Positions 16,897 to 26,470 of a stretch of 41,985 bases of DNA are shown piece by piece (position 1 is the first letter of the stretch; every line of letters starts with the position of its first letter). The position numbers were made by a program, and so were the translations under genes. The DNA comes from Candidatus Sericytochromatia bacterium (lineage in GTDB: Bacteria; Cyanobacteriota; Sericytochromatia; S15B-MN24; JAQBPE01): NCBI GenBank assembly GCA_040400605.1, contig JBBAPZ010000010.1, positions 74,714 to 116,698 of the forward strand, in the 5' to 3' direction. The notes under the pieces were generated by a model that searched no databases, was not told the origin of the DNA, and saw only the letters and a program-made list of their open reading frames with translations.

Positions 16897-18170
16897 GGTG
16901 TGAAAGCCTCCACAGTGCTCAACGGCGATCGCTGCTTGCCAATCCCACCAATGGCCCAAACCGAATCTTTGTAAGTTACCGCCGCACACAAAGCACGCGC
17001 AGTCGTCAAGGCAACGCCTGTACGCCACGTTGCCTTGGGATCCCTTAAATTCAACCAGTACACCGAGTCCAGGACATCCCCCGTTTGAGACTGTCCGCCC
17101 AACACATACAAAACATCATTCAACACGCTCGCAGCGGCTGAATGTAACGGAATCGGCAGTTCCGGCGGCGCACCGGCGTCACCGGACTTGAGCCACTGAT
17201 TGGCTACCGGGTCATAGACCTGCACCATCTGAACAGCCCTGCCGCCTGCAGTTTCTGGAACATATCCCCCCAAGACGTAAAGCTTCTCTTTTGTAACCGC
17301 GGAAGCCGCGCCGGCGACGGCCAACGGCATCGCAGCACCACTGGATTGGGCGCGATCCCCGGCTTCGGTGAGATTGATGACATCAACACCCCTCACCGCA
17401 CCGCTTGACGCCTGAAAAACCCCGCCCGCAACGATGAAGCGAGCCCCCACCACACCACCACACGCCGCCCGACGTGCCTGCCGCAGAATGTAAGGACCTT
17501 CACCAGGACGACTCAGTCTGAACCCTTCCAAGGTATACAAATATACGCTCGAACGCCCCGATGAACCATCCGCGTTGAATTGCCCACGCAATCCCCCCGC
17601 TATCCATAATTCATTCTCGAATACACCACCGACTGCAAGGTACAAACCTTGGTGCAGGGTGTTTGAGTCAGACGCTCTTGCCGGCTGAAGCTCCGCATCG
17701 TAAGTGTCATTGAGATACCAAACGGGGATAGCCCCGCGATCATCCAATACCTCCAAGCCCGGACGATGGTCGCCCTCCACCAGAATCAAACGATTGTCGA
17801 TCACACCTGCACAAAGTCCGGCACGGGGACGCATCAGCGGCGATTTTTGTGTCCATACACCCTGCGCATCCCTGATGGCCAAACTTAACCCCTGCTCGGC
17901 CTGAATCACGGAGTTCGGATCATCAGGACCCAACGCGCTCGGTATGATGCCCCATGGCCCCTTCACGATCGGTCCATTCGGACGTGACGTTGCAGCAACA
18001 TCTGGACGACGCGATGGGAGTACCGCAGCGCCAGGACCCACCCGTGGCGGCGGCGTTTTTTTGATGTTTACCACCGAATCACGGCTTTCAGGTCCAACGG
18101 CAGTCTGTGGGGCAGTGCTCACACAACTGGCCAGGATCAGGCCCAACGTCATCCAAACAACCCGCATCAT
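16893..18170 (-). CDS. Kelch-repeat lipoprotein (Kelch-B, copy 2)
   Basis: Lipobox LASC; Kelch repeats. Shares EGxHRP, LNDxYD and AGGxRGxFNxDGxSGR with 2084-3334. ATGA overlap. Confidence 0.9.
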   Translation of the reverse strand: MMRVVWMTLGLILASCVSTAPQTAVGPESRDSVVNIKKTPPPRVGPGAAVLPSRRPDVAATSRPNGPIVKGPWGIIPSALGPDDPNSVIQAEQGLSLAIRDAQGVWTQKSPLMRPRAGLCAGVIDNRLILVEGDHRPGLEVLDDRGAIPVWYLNDTYDAELQPARASDSNTLHQGLYLAVGGVFENELWIAGGLRGQFNADGSSGRSSVYLYTLEGFRLSRPGEGPYILRQARRAACGGVVGARFIVAGGVFQASSGAVRGVDVINLTEAGDRAQSSGAAMPLAVAGAASAVTKEKLYVLGGYVPETAGGRAVQMVQVYDPVANQWLKSGDAGAPPELPIPLHSAAASVLNDVLYVLGGQSQTGDVLDSVYWLNLRDPKATWRTGVALTTARALCAAVTYKDSVWAIGGIGKQRSPLSTVEAFTP

Positions 18171-20095
18171 GGGATTAATTCCTCAACAACATCCAGCGGA
18201 TACGGATAACCATCCGGTGAATCGCCAGCCACACCCCCTGCCACGATGATGCGCGGTTTACCATCTTTCAATACCACACTCACCGCAGGGTAAGAACGCC
18301 CACGCTTCAGTGGAATCCGACGCTCCCAAACATCATTGACCGGGTCGTAAACCTCCACGGCGCGACTGGGCTGACCTTTGCGTCCTTCACCCCCAATCAC
18401 CCACAGTTGGTTGTTGACCGCCACCACACCACAACCATAGCGTGGTGTGGGCATTGACAAACCCTTACGCCAACCTAACGCATCCGTATCCAGAATCTGC
18501 ACATGGCCTTCCGGCACCGCGGGCTTCGTATAGCCACCAAACACGTACCATTTGTTTCCTGACACCGCACCAGACGCTCCCTGTACAGGAACCGGAAGAC
18601 CCGGTGCGCTGACATCCGGAAAGATTTTGTTTTTGGGGTCGAAAATAAGCATCTTGTCATTTAGCAAAGCGAAAACATTTGGATTGATAAATCCCCCAGC
18701 CACGAATATCCGTTCTCCCACCGTCGCAGCAACAGCGTTAGCCATTACCAGACGGTTGCCCGCACGGGGATCCAATCCCGGCAAAGCAGGCAATGTAAAA
18801 GGTTCGGAGAGTGTCGCCCGGTCATTCAGGTTGATCACGTGCACACGGCCATCCGGCTCTTCATTCACGAAGCCCCCAAATCCGTAAATCTGGTTCTCGA
18901 AACGAGCCGTCGCCACACCGTAAATCGGGAAGGTCTCATCCAATTGACCCACCTCAGCCCAGTTGCCTTGCGCGCCGTAACGGTATACCTTACGCGATGC
19001 CTTGACCGCGCTTCGCAAGAGTGGCTGTGGCACCTGTTTAATGGGTGAAGGCGTTGCCCCCACCACCGTACACGCATCATTGCCAGGCAGCGTTCTGAAA
19101 CAATCGAACCCTGACGGCATGGTCAAACCCCCAATCAACCACATCCCCTGGTTTGACGCATCCGTTTGGTACATTGCCCGGCCAATCGGTTCCGGCATCG
19201 CTGCAAGCGGTTTGGCCACCCCAAAACTCAGCGGTGAAGGTGTTACCAATTCTCCAGGGAATACATTGAATGAGACGCTGATTGGCTTGAGGTCAGAACT
19301 TGCCTCAAGGGGTGTGACGATCAATTCCCGTGGCAAGTCTCCCGGGATGACTGGCTCAATGTCCGTCGCTCCGCCCGTGCGGTTAAACAAGGGCTTGGAC
19401 AGACCGTCGTCGATGTCGATGCGTACCGGCAGTCCCGGTGGATAATCCGTGAAGCGAACGGACACCTTTGCGGGGCGCACGGTCCAGGCTCGTTCAGGTT
19501 CAGGGATGTTTTTGCTGGTTTTTCCAAGAACCGCCTGACCCAATTTCACGACATCGATCAATCGGGCGGAAGGCAAACTGAATTTTTTGGTGCACTCACC
19601 AACCAGATAGTCTAACATCGCATAATCAAACTCGGCTGCATCTTTGGGATGGTTGCGCAGCATCCACAAAAATGCATCGGCCGCTGCCGTTCGTTGCTCA
19701 TTCAAAATTGCTTCGTTGCGCCCCACGCCCAGGTTCGTGATCGTTGCCCAGTGGAACGCTGGAATGGGAGCCAATTTGTCATTCAAGCCATCAATGCTGA
19801 TGATGCAGCGCTCGGCGATCGGCGCATCGGGAATCAACAACCAATTCCCGGGTTGCGGCAATTTCTGGATATTGGTTTTGATTGGCTCTTTCAGATTCTG
19901 TGACGTGATGGTCACCAACAGATACTTGGGTTGACGCAAAAACGTTTTGGAATCTTCCTTAAGAATTCGAAAAGCCAACGACGAACGGGGCGATTGGACG
20001 CCATGGTCAGGCTGAACACTCGGTGCCTGACAAGCCATAATCGCGGCAAATGTCAGCGACAGTGTCCAAAGACGCAGGAAGCCCGTTCGTTGCAT
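18167..20095 (-). CDS. Beta-sandwich plus Kelch lipoprotein (Kelch-A, copy 2)
   Basis: Start reassigned to ATG 20095 (AGAAGGGA upstream); lipobox IMAC; Kelch C-terminus paralogous to 3331-5115. Confidence 0.9.
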   Translation of the reverse strand: MQRTGFLRLWTLSLTFAAIMACQAPSVQPDHGVQSPRSSLAFRILKEDSKTFLRQPKYLLVTITSQNLKEPIKTNIQKLPQPGNWLLIPDAPIAERCIISIDGLNDKLAPIPAFHWATITNLGVGRNEAILNEQRTAAADAFLWMLRNHPKDAAEFDYAMLDYLVGECTKKFSLPSARLIDVVKLGQAVLGKTSKNIPEPERAWTVRPAKVSVRFTDYPPGLPVRIDIDDGLSKPLFNRTGGATDIEPVIPGDLPRELIVTPLEASSDLKPISVSFNVFPGELVTPSPLSFGVAKPLAAMPEPIGRAMYQTDASNQGMWLIGGLTMPSGFDCFRTLPGNDACTVVGATPSPIKQVPQPLLRSAVKASRKVYRYGAQGNWAEVGQLDETFPIYGVATARFENQIYGFGGFVNEEPDGRVHVINLNDRATLSEPFTLPALPGLDPRAGNRLVMANAVAATVGERIFVAGGFINPNVFALLNDKMLIFDPKNKIFPDVSAPGLPVPVQGASGAVSGNKWYVFGGYTKPAVPEGHVQILDTDALGWRKGLSMPTPRYGCGVVAVNNQLWVIGGEGRKGQPSRAVEVYDPVNDVWERRIPLKRGRSYPAVSVVLKDGKPRIIVAGGVAGDSPDGYPYPLDVVEELIP

Positions 20096-20202
20096 TGACA
20101 CTGATCCCTTCTTGCGAGGGCTCGGACAGGGTATACCATTAAGCCTATCTTTCCCAGGCAGAGCGCTTCCCAAACTCGCTTTGGAAGTTGATATCCTGGA
20201 CT

Positions 20203-20658
20203 TCAGGACAGTTTTGCCAATACCTCCTGCGCATGAATCTCATTTTTTGGTTTTTTCCAGACGTGTTTGACGACACCGTCCGGATCAATCAAAAAGGTGG
20301 TGCGCAGCATGCCCGTTACGGTCTTGCCGTACATGTTTTTCTCACCCCACGTTCCATAGAGACGGGCCACGTTTTTTTCCGTGTCAGCCAGCAAGGTCAC
20401 GGGCAACTGATACTTGCTGGCAAATTGTGCGTGGGAGTCTGTATCATCCGGACTGACGCCAAGCACCACCACCTGGTGCGCCTGTAACGCATCCCAGTGA
20501 TCGCGGAATGAACACGCTTCTTTGGTGCAGCCAGGGGTGTCATCCTTGGGATAAAAATAAACCACGACATGCTGACCCCGAAAACGACTCAAGGTCACGG
20601 ATATCCCGGTTTGATCAGGCAACGTGAAATCAGGCGCAGTCTGTCCGGCTTCGATCAT
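20203..20658 (-). CDS. bcp: Thioredoxin-dependent peroxiredoxin BCP/PrxQ
   Basis: YFYPKDDTPGCTKEAC, GVSPD, RTTFLID; AAGGAG RBS. Confidence 0.96.
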   Translation of the reverse strand: MIEAGQTAPDFTLPDQTGISVTLSRFRGQHVVVYFYPKDDTPGCTKEACSFRDHWDALQAHQVVVLGVSPDDTDSHAQFASKYQLPVTLLADTEKNVARLYGTWGEKNMYGKTVTGMLRTTFLIDPDGVVKHVWKKPKNEIHAQEVLAKLS

Positions 20659-20695
20659 CGTCTTGTCTCCTTTATCTGTCCAACCCGCAAATCGG

Positions 20696-21142
20696 TTACA
20701 ACGGTTGCGTGATCATGACCCAGAGCGCCCACAGAAGCAACACAGTTGCTCCCCATCCAAGGACACTCCATCTCAAAAAAATTTTACGCAAAGCACCTAC
20801 GTCGCCCGCAGTACTGAGCCGTTGCATGCGCGCTTGGTCTGGAATCAGCGCAACCATCCATACAGCGGTAGATAAACCCGTTGCCAGGATCCCTTCACGC
20901 AACCACCGGGTTTGCCACCAGTCGAGTTGATGGGCCTGTACAAGCATAATGCCTGCAATGGTAATCATGGCACCACCCAAAAATGTCAAAACCCAATCGG
21001 CCCGGATAATGGATTGGGAGGCAAACACGGCGACTGCCTGATTGCGCGTTTGCATGGCCCATAGCGCCCATAAACCGGTGACAATCACGTTTCCTACCAT
21101 CAACACGACACCCAGCACGTGTATAAATTTCCAGATCAACAT
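20696..21142 (-). CDS. Four-TM membrane protein, DUF2269-like
   Basis: KFIHVLG start motif, ADW..T, terminal MxxQP. Start reassigned to ATG 21142, overlapping the glycosyltransferase stop. Confidence 0.75.
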   Translation of the reverse strand: MLIWKFIHVLGVVLMVGNVIVTGLWALWAMQTRNQAVAVFASQSIIRADWVLTFLGGAMITIAGIMLVQAHQLDWWQTRWLREGILATGLSTAVWMVALIPDQARMQRLSTAGDVGALRKIFLRWSVLGWGATVLLLWALWVMITQPL

Positions 21143-22296
21143 CCCTGATACCGGCCCCGTCGATAACGACGGCCTTTCCATTCAACGCCGCCGAGCGCCC
21201 AACCCCGCCAGGAATCCAACGCCAGCGCAATCAGACAGAGTACTGCCACAGGATGCAAGGCGATCACGCCCCAAGGCTGTTCCAAGCGGGCTGCAAGCAT
21301 GCCCCGAATCACCATTCCACAACTCATTTGTAACACGCCTGCCACGATGGGTAATGCCCACTGCCCCCACACACCCACGATCACGAGCGCCAATGGCAGC
21401 CCGTGCCAGATTCCCAAAATAGCCACCCCTGTTACAAACGGGCCTGGTTGACCGCCAAAAGCTGGAAAAAGATTTTTGCGAAAACCGGCCCACAGTGCGC
21501 GCCAATCCGTATACATGCGGCACGTCACCGCGTCACCGGCATCGTGAATGACCACCCGACCCCCGCGGGACTTCACCAGGCGTGCCAACGCGAGGTCATC
21601 GACCAGGTCCGCGTGAATCGCTGCATGGCCACCGATTGCTTGATACGTGTCACGTCGTATCAGTAAAAATTGTCCGTTGGCGGCACTGAAACGGGGATCG
21701 CTGGAATCTGTCACAAGACGGAGTGGCAAATGCGCCAACAACACAAAGGCAAGCAGGGGCATCATCAAGCGCTCGCCGGGCGTCACCATTGTTTGCCGCG
21801 GCCAGAAAGACAGCAAATCGGCGCCTTGTTCCGTTGCAACTGCCATCGCACGCTCAATTGCACACGAATTCAATCGGGTGTCTGCATCCACAAAACACAG
21901 CCAGTCACCGTGACTGGCTTGCGCCAGAAGCTGACACGCCCAGGATTTGCCATTCCAATTGGCAGGTGGTGGTTCTTGATTGACCATCAAGTGAAAGCGC
22001 GCGTCCGCTCCGGCTTGGGCGATCGCCCGGGCTTGCGTGTCATCCCCGGATTGATCATCCAACACATGCAGGCTTAAATTTGGCCAGGATTGTTTGAGTA
22101 CACCCGCGACGCATTCACTGATCCGCGCACCTTCATCACGAGCTGGCACCAATACCGAGACATGGTCATCCGCTTTGGGCCACGCCGCCAAATCCGCACA
22201 ACGCCTAAAATGCTTCAAATTGTGCCAAACAAGGCCCACTTGCAAGGCGCCAACCATCGGGTAGCCCAGTGCCACACACCACAGCCACGTGTTCAT
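21136..22296 (-). CDS. GT2 glycosyltransferase, carotenoid glucosyltransferase-like (CruC/CrtQ type)
   Basis: VSVLVPARDE, WNGKSWAC, FVDAD, ANGQF, DDLALA, CRMY, WKGRRY. Start at ATG 22296 (ATGA overlap); lies in the crt operon. Confidence 0.88.
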   Translation of the reverse strand: MNTWLWCVALGYPMVGALQVGLVWHNLKHFRRCADLAAWPKADDHVSVLVPARDEGARISECVAGVLKQSWPNLSLHVLDDQSGDDTQARAIAQAGADARFHLMVNQEPPPANWNGKSWACQLLAQASHGDWLCFVDADTRLNSCAIERAMAVATEQGADLLSFWPRQTMVTPGERLMMPLLAFVLLAHLPLRLVTDSSDPRFSAANGQFLLIRRDTYQAIGGHAAIHADLVDDLALARLVKSRGGRVVIHDAGDAVTCRMYTDWRALWAGFRKNLFPAFGGQPGPFVTGVAILGIWHGLPLALVIVGVWGQWALPIVAGVLQMSCGMVIRGMLAARLEQPWGVIALHPVAVLCLIALALDSWRGWALGGVEWKGRRYRRGRYQGC

Positions 22297-23000
22297 ACAG
22301 GCCCCCAACCGCGCACAGGCACGCGCAACCATGTGTAGCCTTCCGGTTCTTGACGCATCAGGTCTTCATCAAGCGCGGCCAAGGTTGTGGTCAACGCCTC
22401 CGTGATTTGCACGGTTAATTCAGTGGGGGTTTGGTGATGGGGCGTTGGTGGCAATGGTGCCCCCAAACGTACAAACAACTCCGGTTTCGCTTCATGACGG
22501 AATATCAGCCGGATGCCCACGGGCACGATGCGCGTTTGGGGCACGGCAAGCGCCAAACGTGCCGCGCCCGTCGCGAGCTTCAGGGGCTTGGCATGGGCGG
22601 GCAGCAAGGCGCCCTGAGGAAAGATCCAGAGTGCCTCATTTTTGGTCAGAAGGTCTTGTGCATAGGCCAAGTCGCCTTGAATGGCTTCCGGACTGCTGCG
22701 ATCGATCGAAAACGCTCCCACCCGCGCAAAAAATGAATAACGTTGCAATTGATCCAATTGCATCATGACGTAAAAGCGACGCTGCCATTGTCTGGAAAGC
22801 AAGAAGCCGACAAAGCCATCCCACCAACTGCTGTGATTCGGCAAAAACAGCCACGGGCCCGGATGCGCAGCCAGGCCTTCGGCATCATCGATTCGCAGCC
22901 GCCATCCGTGGAACTGCCGAGCGATCGCCCGGTTCAGGTAGGCCTCGAGCAATACCTCCGCCCATCGGGCATGCCTCGCGCGGATCGGCCCGCCACTCAT
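22293..23000 (-). CDS. PlsC-family acyltransferase, carotenoid-glycoside acyltransferase-like (CruD type)
   Basis: NHSSWWD (HX4D), GAFSID, IFPQG. Start at ATG 23000 overlapping the crtB stop. Confidence 0.88.
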   Translation of the reverse strand: MSGGPIRARHARWAEVLLEAYLNRAIARQFHGWRLRIDDAEGLAAHPGPWLFLPNHSSWWDGFVGFLLSRQWQRRFYVMMQLDQLQRYSFFARVGAFSIDRSSPEAIQGDLAYAQDLLTKNEALWIFPQGALLPAHAKPLKLATGAARLALAVPQTRIVPVGIRLIFRHEAKPELFVRLGAPLPPTPHHQTPTELTVQITEALTTTLAALDEDLMRQEPEGYTWLRVPVRGWGPV

Positions 23001-23899
23001 TGCGCCAAGCCAAACCTGCGGGGACCATCCTGCCACATGACTTTCGCCAGGATCCACAACTTCTGCGCATCACTGACGACGGCACGCTGATGAAACACAT
23101 CATAATCAATCGCCTCGATTGCCCGCAAAATTCCTGCATAACTCTGCTGCATCAATCGAACCGTCAAGCGTGAGCCATCTTGGGGGAACAAATCAATCAC
23201 CCGATCACCCGCTGCAAAATATTCTCGCGCACGCGCAATCTGCCATTCCATGAACGCCCGCCACGCCTCCGTGACCTCGCCCGCCTCGATCGCCGCATGA
23301 TCAAGATTGAACCGCGCCAACTCCGACGCAGGCAGATAAACACGCCCACGCCGCCAATCAGACCCCACATCACGCAAGATGTTGGTTAACTGCATCGCAA
23401 CACCCAACTGAATGCCCGCCTCGTCAAAATCGCGACGCGATGCCCCAAGTAACGGACCCAGCATCAACCCCACCACCCCAGCCACCTGATGGCTGTAATG
23501 CATCAGTTCCGCCGTGTTCTCAAAACGCAAAGGCACAAGATCGCGCTCAACCCCCTCCAGCAGTTCAAGAAATGGCCGGGTATCCAGGTTTGCGCGCCAA
23601 AAGGTGTCATGCAAAGGATGCCAGAACACATCCTCTGGCGGCTCTCGCTCCGGCAGACGACGCACCATCTGGCCAATTGTTGCGAGCGCCTGCCGGACTG
23701 TTTCCACCGGGCGATCGCCCCGCTCATCCACCAAATCATCAGCCACCCGACAAAACTCGTAAACCGCAAATACGCCGCGACGCTTGTGCTTCGGTAAAAA
23801 ACGGCTGGCGAAAAAGAAGCTTTTCGCCTTGTCCCGCGTCAGCAGCGCCGCACGCATGTAACCCAGGCTTAAAACGTCTTCGTCTGACGCCTTGCTCAT
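22997..23899 (-). CDS. crtB: Phytoene/squalene synthase family protein
   Basis: KSFFFAS, CRVADDLVD, VAGVVG, QLTNILRDV..D..RGRVYLP. Confidence 0.92.
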   Translation of the reverse strand: MSKASDEDVLSLGYMRAALLTRDKAKSFFFASRFLPKHKRRGVFAVYEFCRVADDLVDERGDRPVETVRQALATIGQMVRRLPEREPPEDVFWHPLHDTFWRANLDTRPFLELLEGVERDLVPLRFENTAELMHYSHQVAGVVGLMLGPLLGASRRDFDEAGIQLGVAMQLTNILRDVGSDWRRGRVYLPASELARFNLDHAAIEAGEVTEAWRAFMEWQIARAREYFAAGDRVIDLFPQDGSRLTVRLMQQSYAGILRAIEAIDYDVFHQRAVVSDAQKLWILAKVMWQDGPRRFGLAQ

Positions 23900-25407
23900 A
23901 AAGACACCAGTTCCGGCTCTCGTGCGCGCTTGCTTGACACCGGCTGCTCAAGCGTAATCCGCTCCGCCACCAGGCGACCCGATATCAACACCATCGGAAT
24001 GCCCGTACCCGGATGTGTGCTCGCACCAACAAAATAAAGGTTCTCAAGCGACGCATGCCGGTTATGCGGCCGCAAATACCCCACTTGATCCATGCCATGA
24101 GCCAAGCCAAACGCGGCACCCTTCTCACAATACAACTCCGTGCGAAACTCACGCGGCGTTAAAATTTTCTCCGTGACAATGTTCTCGCGCAAATCCGTCA
24201 AACCGAAACGCTCCAGGCGGTCAAGCATCGCTTCACGTAAACGTGGCCCCTCAATTCCCCAATCAAGACCTTCGGCTTCATGTGGCACCGGCACCAAAAT
24301 GTAGATGTTTTCACACCCGTCAGGCGCCAACGAAGGATCGGTTTTGCTCGGGTTGCAGATGTAGTAAGCAGGATCAGCCGGGACCCGGCGCGTTTTGAAA
24401 ATCGCGTCCATGTTCGCTGGCAAATCCTTTGGCACCACCAAAGTATGATGCAGCAGTTTGGGGTAACGCTTCTTGACACCCAAAAACATTAAAAATGCAC
24501 CACACGTGTAATTGAAACTTTCTGATCGCGGATGCGGCTCGTTCAACAACTGCCGATAAGCAAACGGCAAGTCCGCATTCACCACGACAACCGAAGCCGC
24601 CACCTCTTCGCCTGATTGCAACCGCACACCCCGCACCGACTTAGCATCTTTCAGTATCGCTTGAACCTCGGTTTCCACATGAATCACAACGCCTAAGTCC
24701 CGCGCCAGACGGGCCAACGCTTTCGGCAACGCATGCATCCCGCCCATCGGGAAAAACAACCCGCCCCCCATCTCCGTGTACGGCAACAATGAATAGATGG
24801 CCGGCGAATCATAAGGCGACAACCCCAGATACATCGACTGAAACGAGAATGCACGCCGCAAACGCTCATCCTTGAAATACCGCGACACCATCTTGTACAG
24901 CTTTTGCGTTACCCGTGCCGTAAACAACAAGCCCAGATTCTGCAAGGTGAAGAAACTTCCGGCTTTCAAAAAGTTGCGATCCACAAAATCACGCAAACCA
25001 ATCTGGTACAACCGCCGTGTCTCCGCCAGGAATTGCAAAAGCTTTCCGCCTGCACCCGCTTCGATGCGTTCAACCTCATCCAGCAATGCATTCAATCGAC
25101 TGCCAAGCACCAAATCGCTGCCATCCGCAAACGCGATGCGATAGTTGGGGTCCAATTGCCGGATATCCAGATAATCTTCGACCCGCCGACCCGAGGCCTC
25201 AAATAACCCCCGTACATACTCGGTCATCAACAGCAAGGTCGGGCCCGTGTCAAAACGAAAGCCCTGGGATTCCCACACGTTAGCACGGCCACCCACCTCG
25301 GGCAGACGTTCATAAACCACCACGTCATATCCGGCCAAACGAAGCCGAATCGCCGCGGACAACCCACCTAAACCTGCCCCCACCACAATGACCGGTTCAT
25401 GTGACAT
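23896..25407 (-). CDS. crtI: Phytoene desaturase (CrtI/CrtN family)
   Basis: VVGAGLGGLSAA FAD motif, FDTGPT, NLYFVGASTHPGTGIPMVLISG. Confidence 0.93.
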   Translation of the reverse strand: MSHEPVIVVGAGLGGLSAAIRLRLAGYDVVVYERLPEVGGRANVWESQGFRFDTGPTLLLMTEYVRGLFEASGRRVEDYLDIRQLDPNYRIAFADGSDLVLGSRLNALLDEVERIEAGAGGKLLQFLAETRRLYQIGLRDFVDRNFLKAGSFFTLQNLGLLFTARVTQKLYKMVSRYFKDERLRRAFSFQSMYLGLSPYDSPAIYSLLPYTEMGGGLFFPMGGMHALPKALARLARDLGVVIHVETEVQAILKDAKSVRGVRLQSGEEVAASVVVVNADLPFAYRQLLNEPHPRSESFNYTCGAFLMFLGVKKRYPKLLHHTLVVPKDLPANMDAIFKTRRVPADPAYYICNPSKTDPSLAPDGCENIYILVPVPHEAEGLDWGIEGPRLREAMLDRLERFGLTDLRENIVTEKILTPREFRTELYCEKGAAFGLAHGMDQVGYLRPHNRHASLENLYFVGASTHPGTGIPMVLISGRLVAERITLEQPVSSKRAREPELVSL

Positions 25408-25445
25408 CGGATTGCCCTTTCAAAATTTGTGCGAATTTTAACTTT

Positions 25446-25473
25446 ATCATAACATTTGGACCGGGTGCGTCAA
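25446..25473 (-). promoter_or_regulatory. Probable sigma70 promoter of the crt operon
   Basis: Minus strand TTGACG-16 bp-TATGAT with an extended -10 TGn. Confidence 0.6.
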
Positions 25474-25569
25474 GGCGAGGCAATGGCCCTGCTGGGCTTG
25501 TCAGCTCATTAAGCCGCGGTTTTTTGACCCCCGGCCACATCTGATGACTGAGAACAAAAAATGAAGTCC

Positions 25570-25590
25570 CCTTGTGCAACTTGCACAAGG
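25570..25590. promoter_or_regulatory. Perfect 21-bp palindrome, candidate operator
   Basis: CCTTGTGCAA-C-TTGCACAAGG in the divergent crtI/mntR intergenic region. Confidence 0.5.
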
Positions 25591-25730
25591 TGGAGATTTG
25601 GTCAGGGCTCATCCAGGAAAGCCGGGCGTCAGTGTGGATGAGAGACTTTGGCGGGACACGTGATGCACAGTCCTTTGATATGCCCCGTTCACAAAAACGC
25701 TTGTCGGTGCTCGTCTTTGCGATTGCCCTC

Positions 25731-25778
25731 TTGCAACATAGGGACTCGTCAGAATATAATTTAGGCGGGCCTAATTAT
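25731..25778 (+). promoter_or_regulatory. mntR operon promoter with MntR/SirR-type operator
   Basis: TTGCAA (25731-25736), 18 bp, TATAAT (25755-25760), immediately followed by TTAGGC-GG-GCCTAA (25761-25774), which fits the TTAGG-N4-CCTAA DtxR-family box. Confidence 0.85.
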
Positions 25779-25783
25779 CTTGC

Positions 25784-26470
25784 ATGGGTAGTAATGGAGC
25801 GTCGTCGGTGCATTCGCGTGCGATTCAGGATTACATCAAGGTGATTTTTAAGTTGGAGCAGGGCGCGGCGGTGAGCACGTCTGCGATCGCCTTGCGTATG
25901 GGGGTTTCGCAGGCTTCTGTGACCGAGATGGTGAAGAAGTTGGCCCAGGCGGGACTCGTCACGCACAGCCGTTACCAAGGCGTTACGCTGACCGGGTCCG
26001 GGCGATCGCTTGCGCTGGAGATGATTCGGCATCATCGTCTGATTGAGTTGTATTTGCACAAGGCCTTGGGGTTTTCGTGGGATCAGGTGGACGCTGAGGC
26101 AGAGCGTTTGGAACACGTGATTTCGGAGGAAATGGAGGCTGCCATGGCCGCCTGGTTGAATGAGCCCACAGAGGACCCCCATGGCGATCCGATTCCGAGT
26201 AAGGATGGCGTGATCTCGATGATACGTTTTTTGCCGCTGACAGGCATGACGCCAGGGCAGTCGGTTCGCATACGACGTGTTAGCGATTCTGACCCATCGT
26301 TGTTGCGATATCTGGGTGAGCGCGGGTTATATCCCCATGTCGAGCTCGATATCCTCTCCCAGGAACCCTTTGGTGGTCCTTTGCTTGTGCGGGTGGCAGG
26401 CGTTGAGCACGCGCTGGGCGTGGGGGTGACCGATCGCGTGTTTGTCGAGTTGGTGGAGGCAATTTGTTGA
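25784..26470 (+). CDS. mntR: DtxR/MntR-family metal-dependent repressor with a FeoA-like C-domain
   Basis: QDYIKVI, SVTEMVKKL, RHHRLIE, EAERLEHVIS, DPHGDPIP. Confidence 0.93.
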   Translation: MGSNGASSVHSRAIQDYIKVIFKLEQGAAVSTSAIALRMGVSQASVTEMVKKLAQAGLVTHSRYQGVTLTGSGRSLALEMIRHHRLIELYLHKALGFSWDQVDAEAERLEHVISEEMEAAMAAWLNEPTEDPHGDPIPSKDGVISMIRFLPLTGMTPGQSVRIRRVSDSDPSLLRYLGERGLYPHVELDILSQEPFGGPLLVRVAGVEHALGVGVTDRVFVELVEAIC

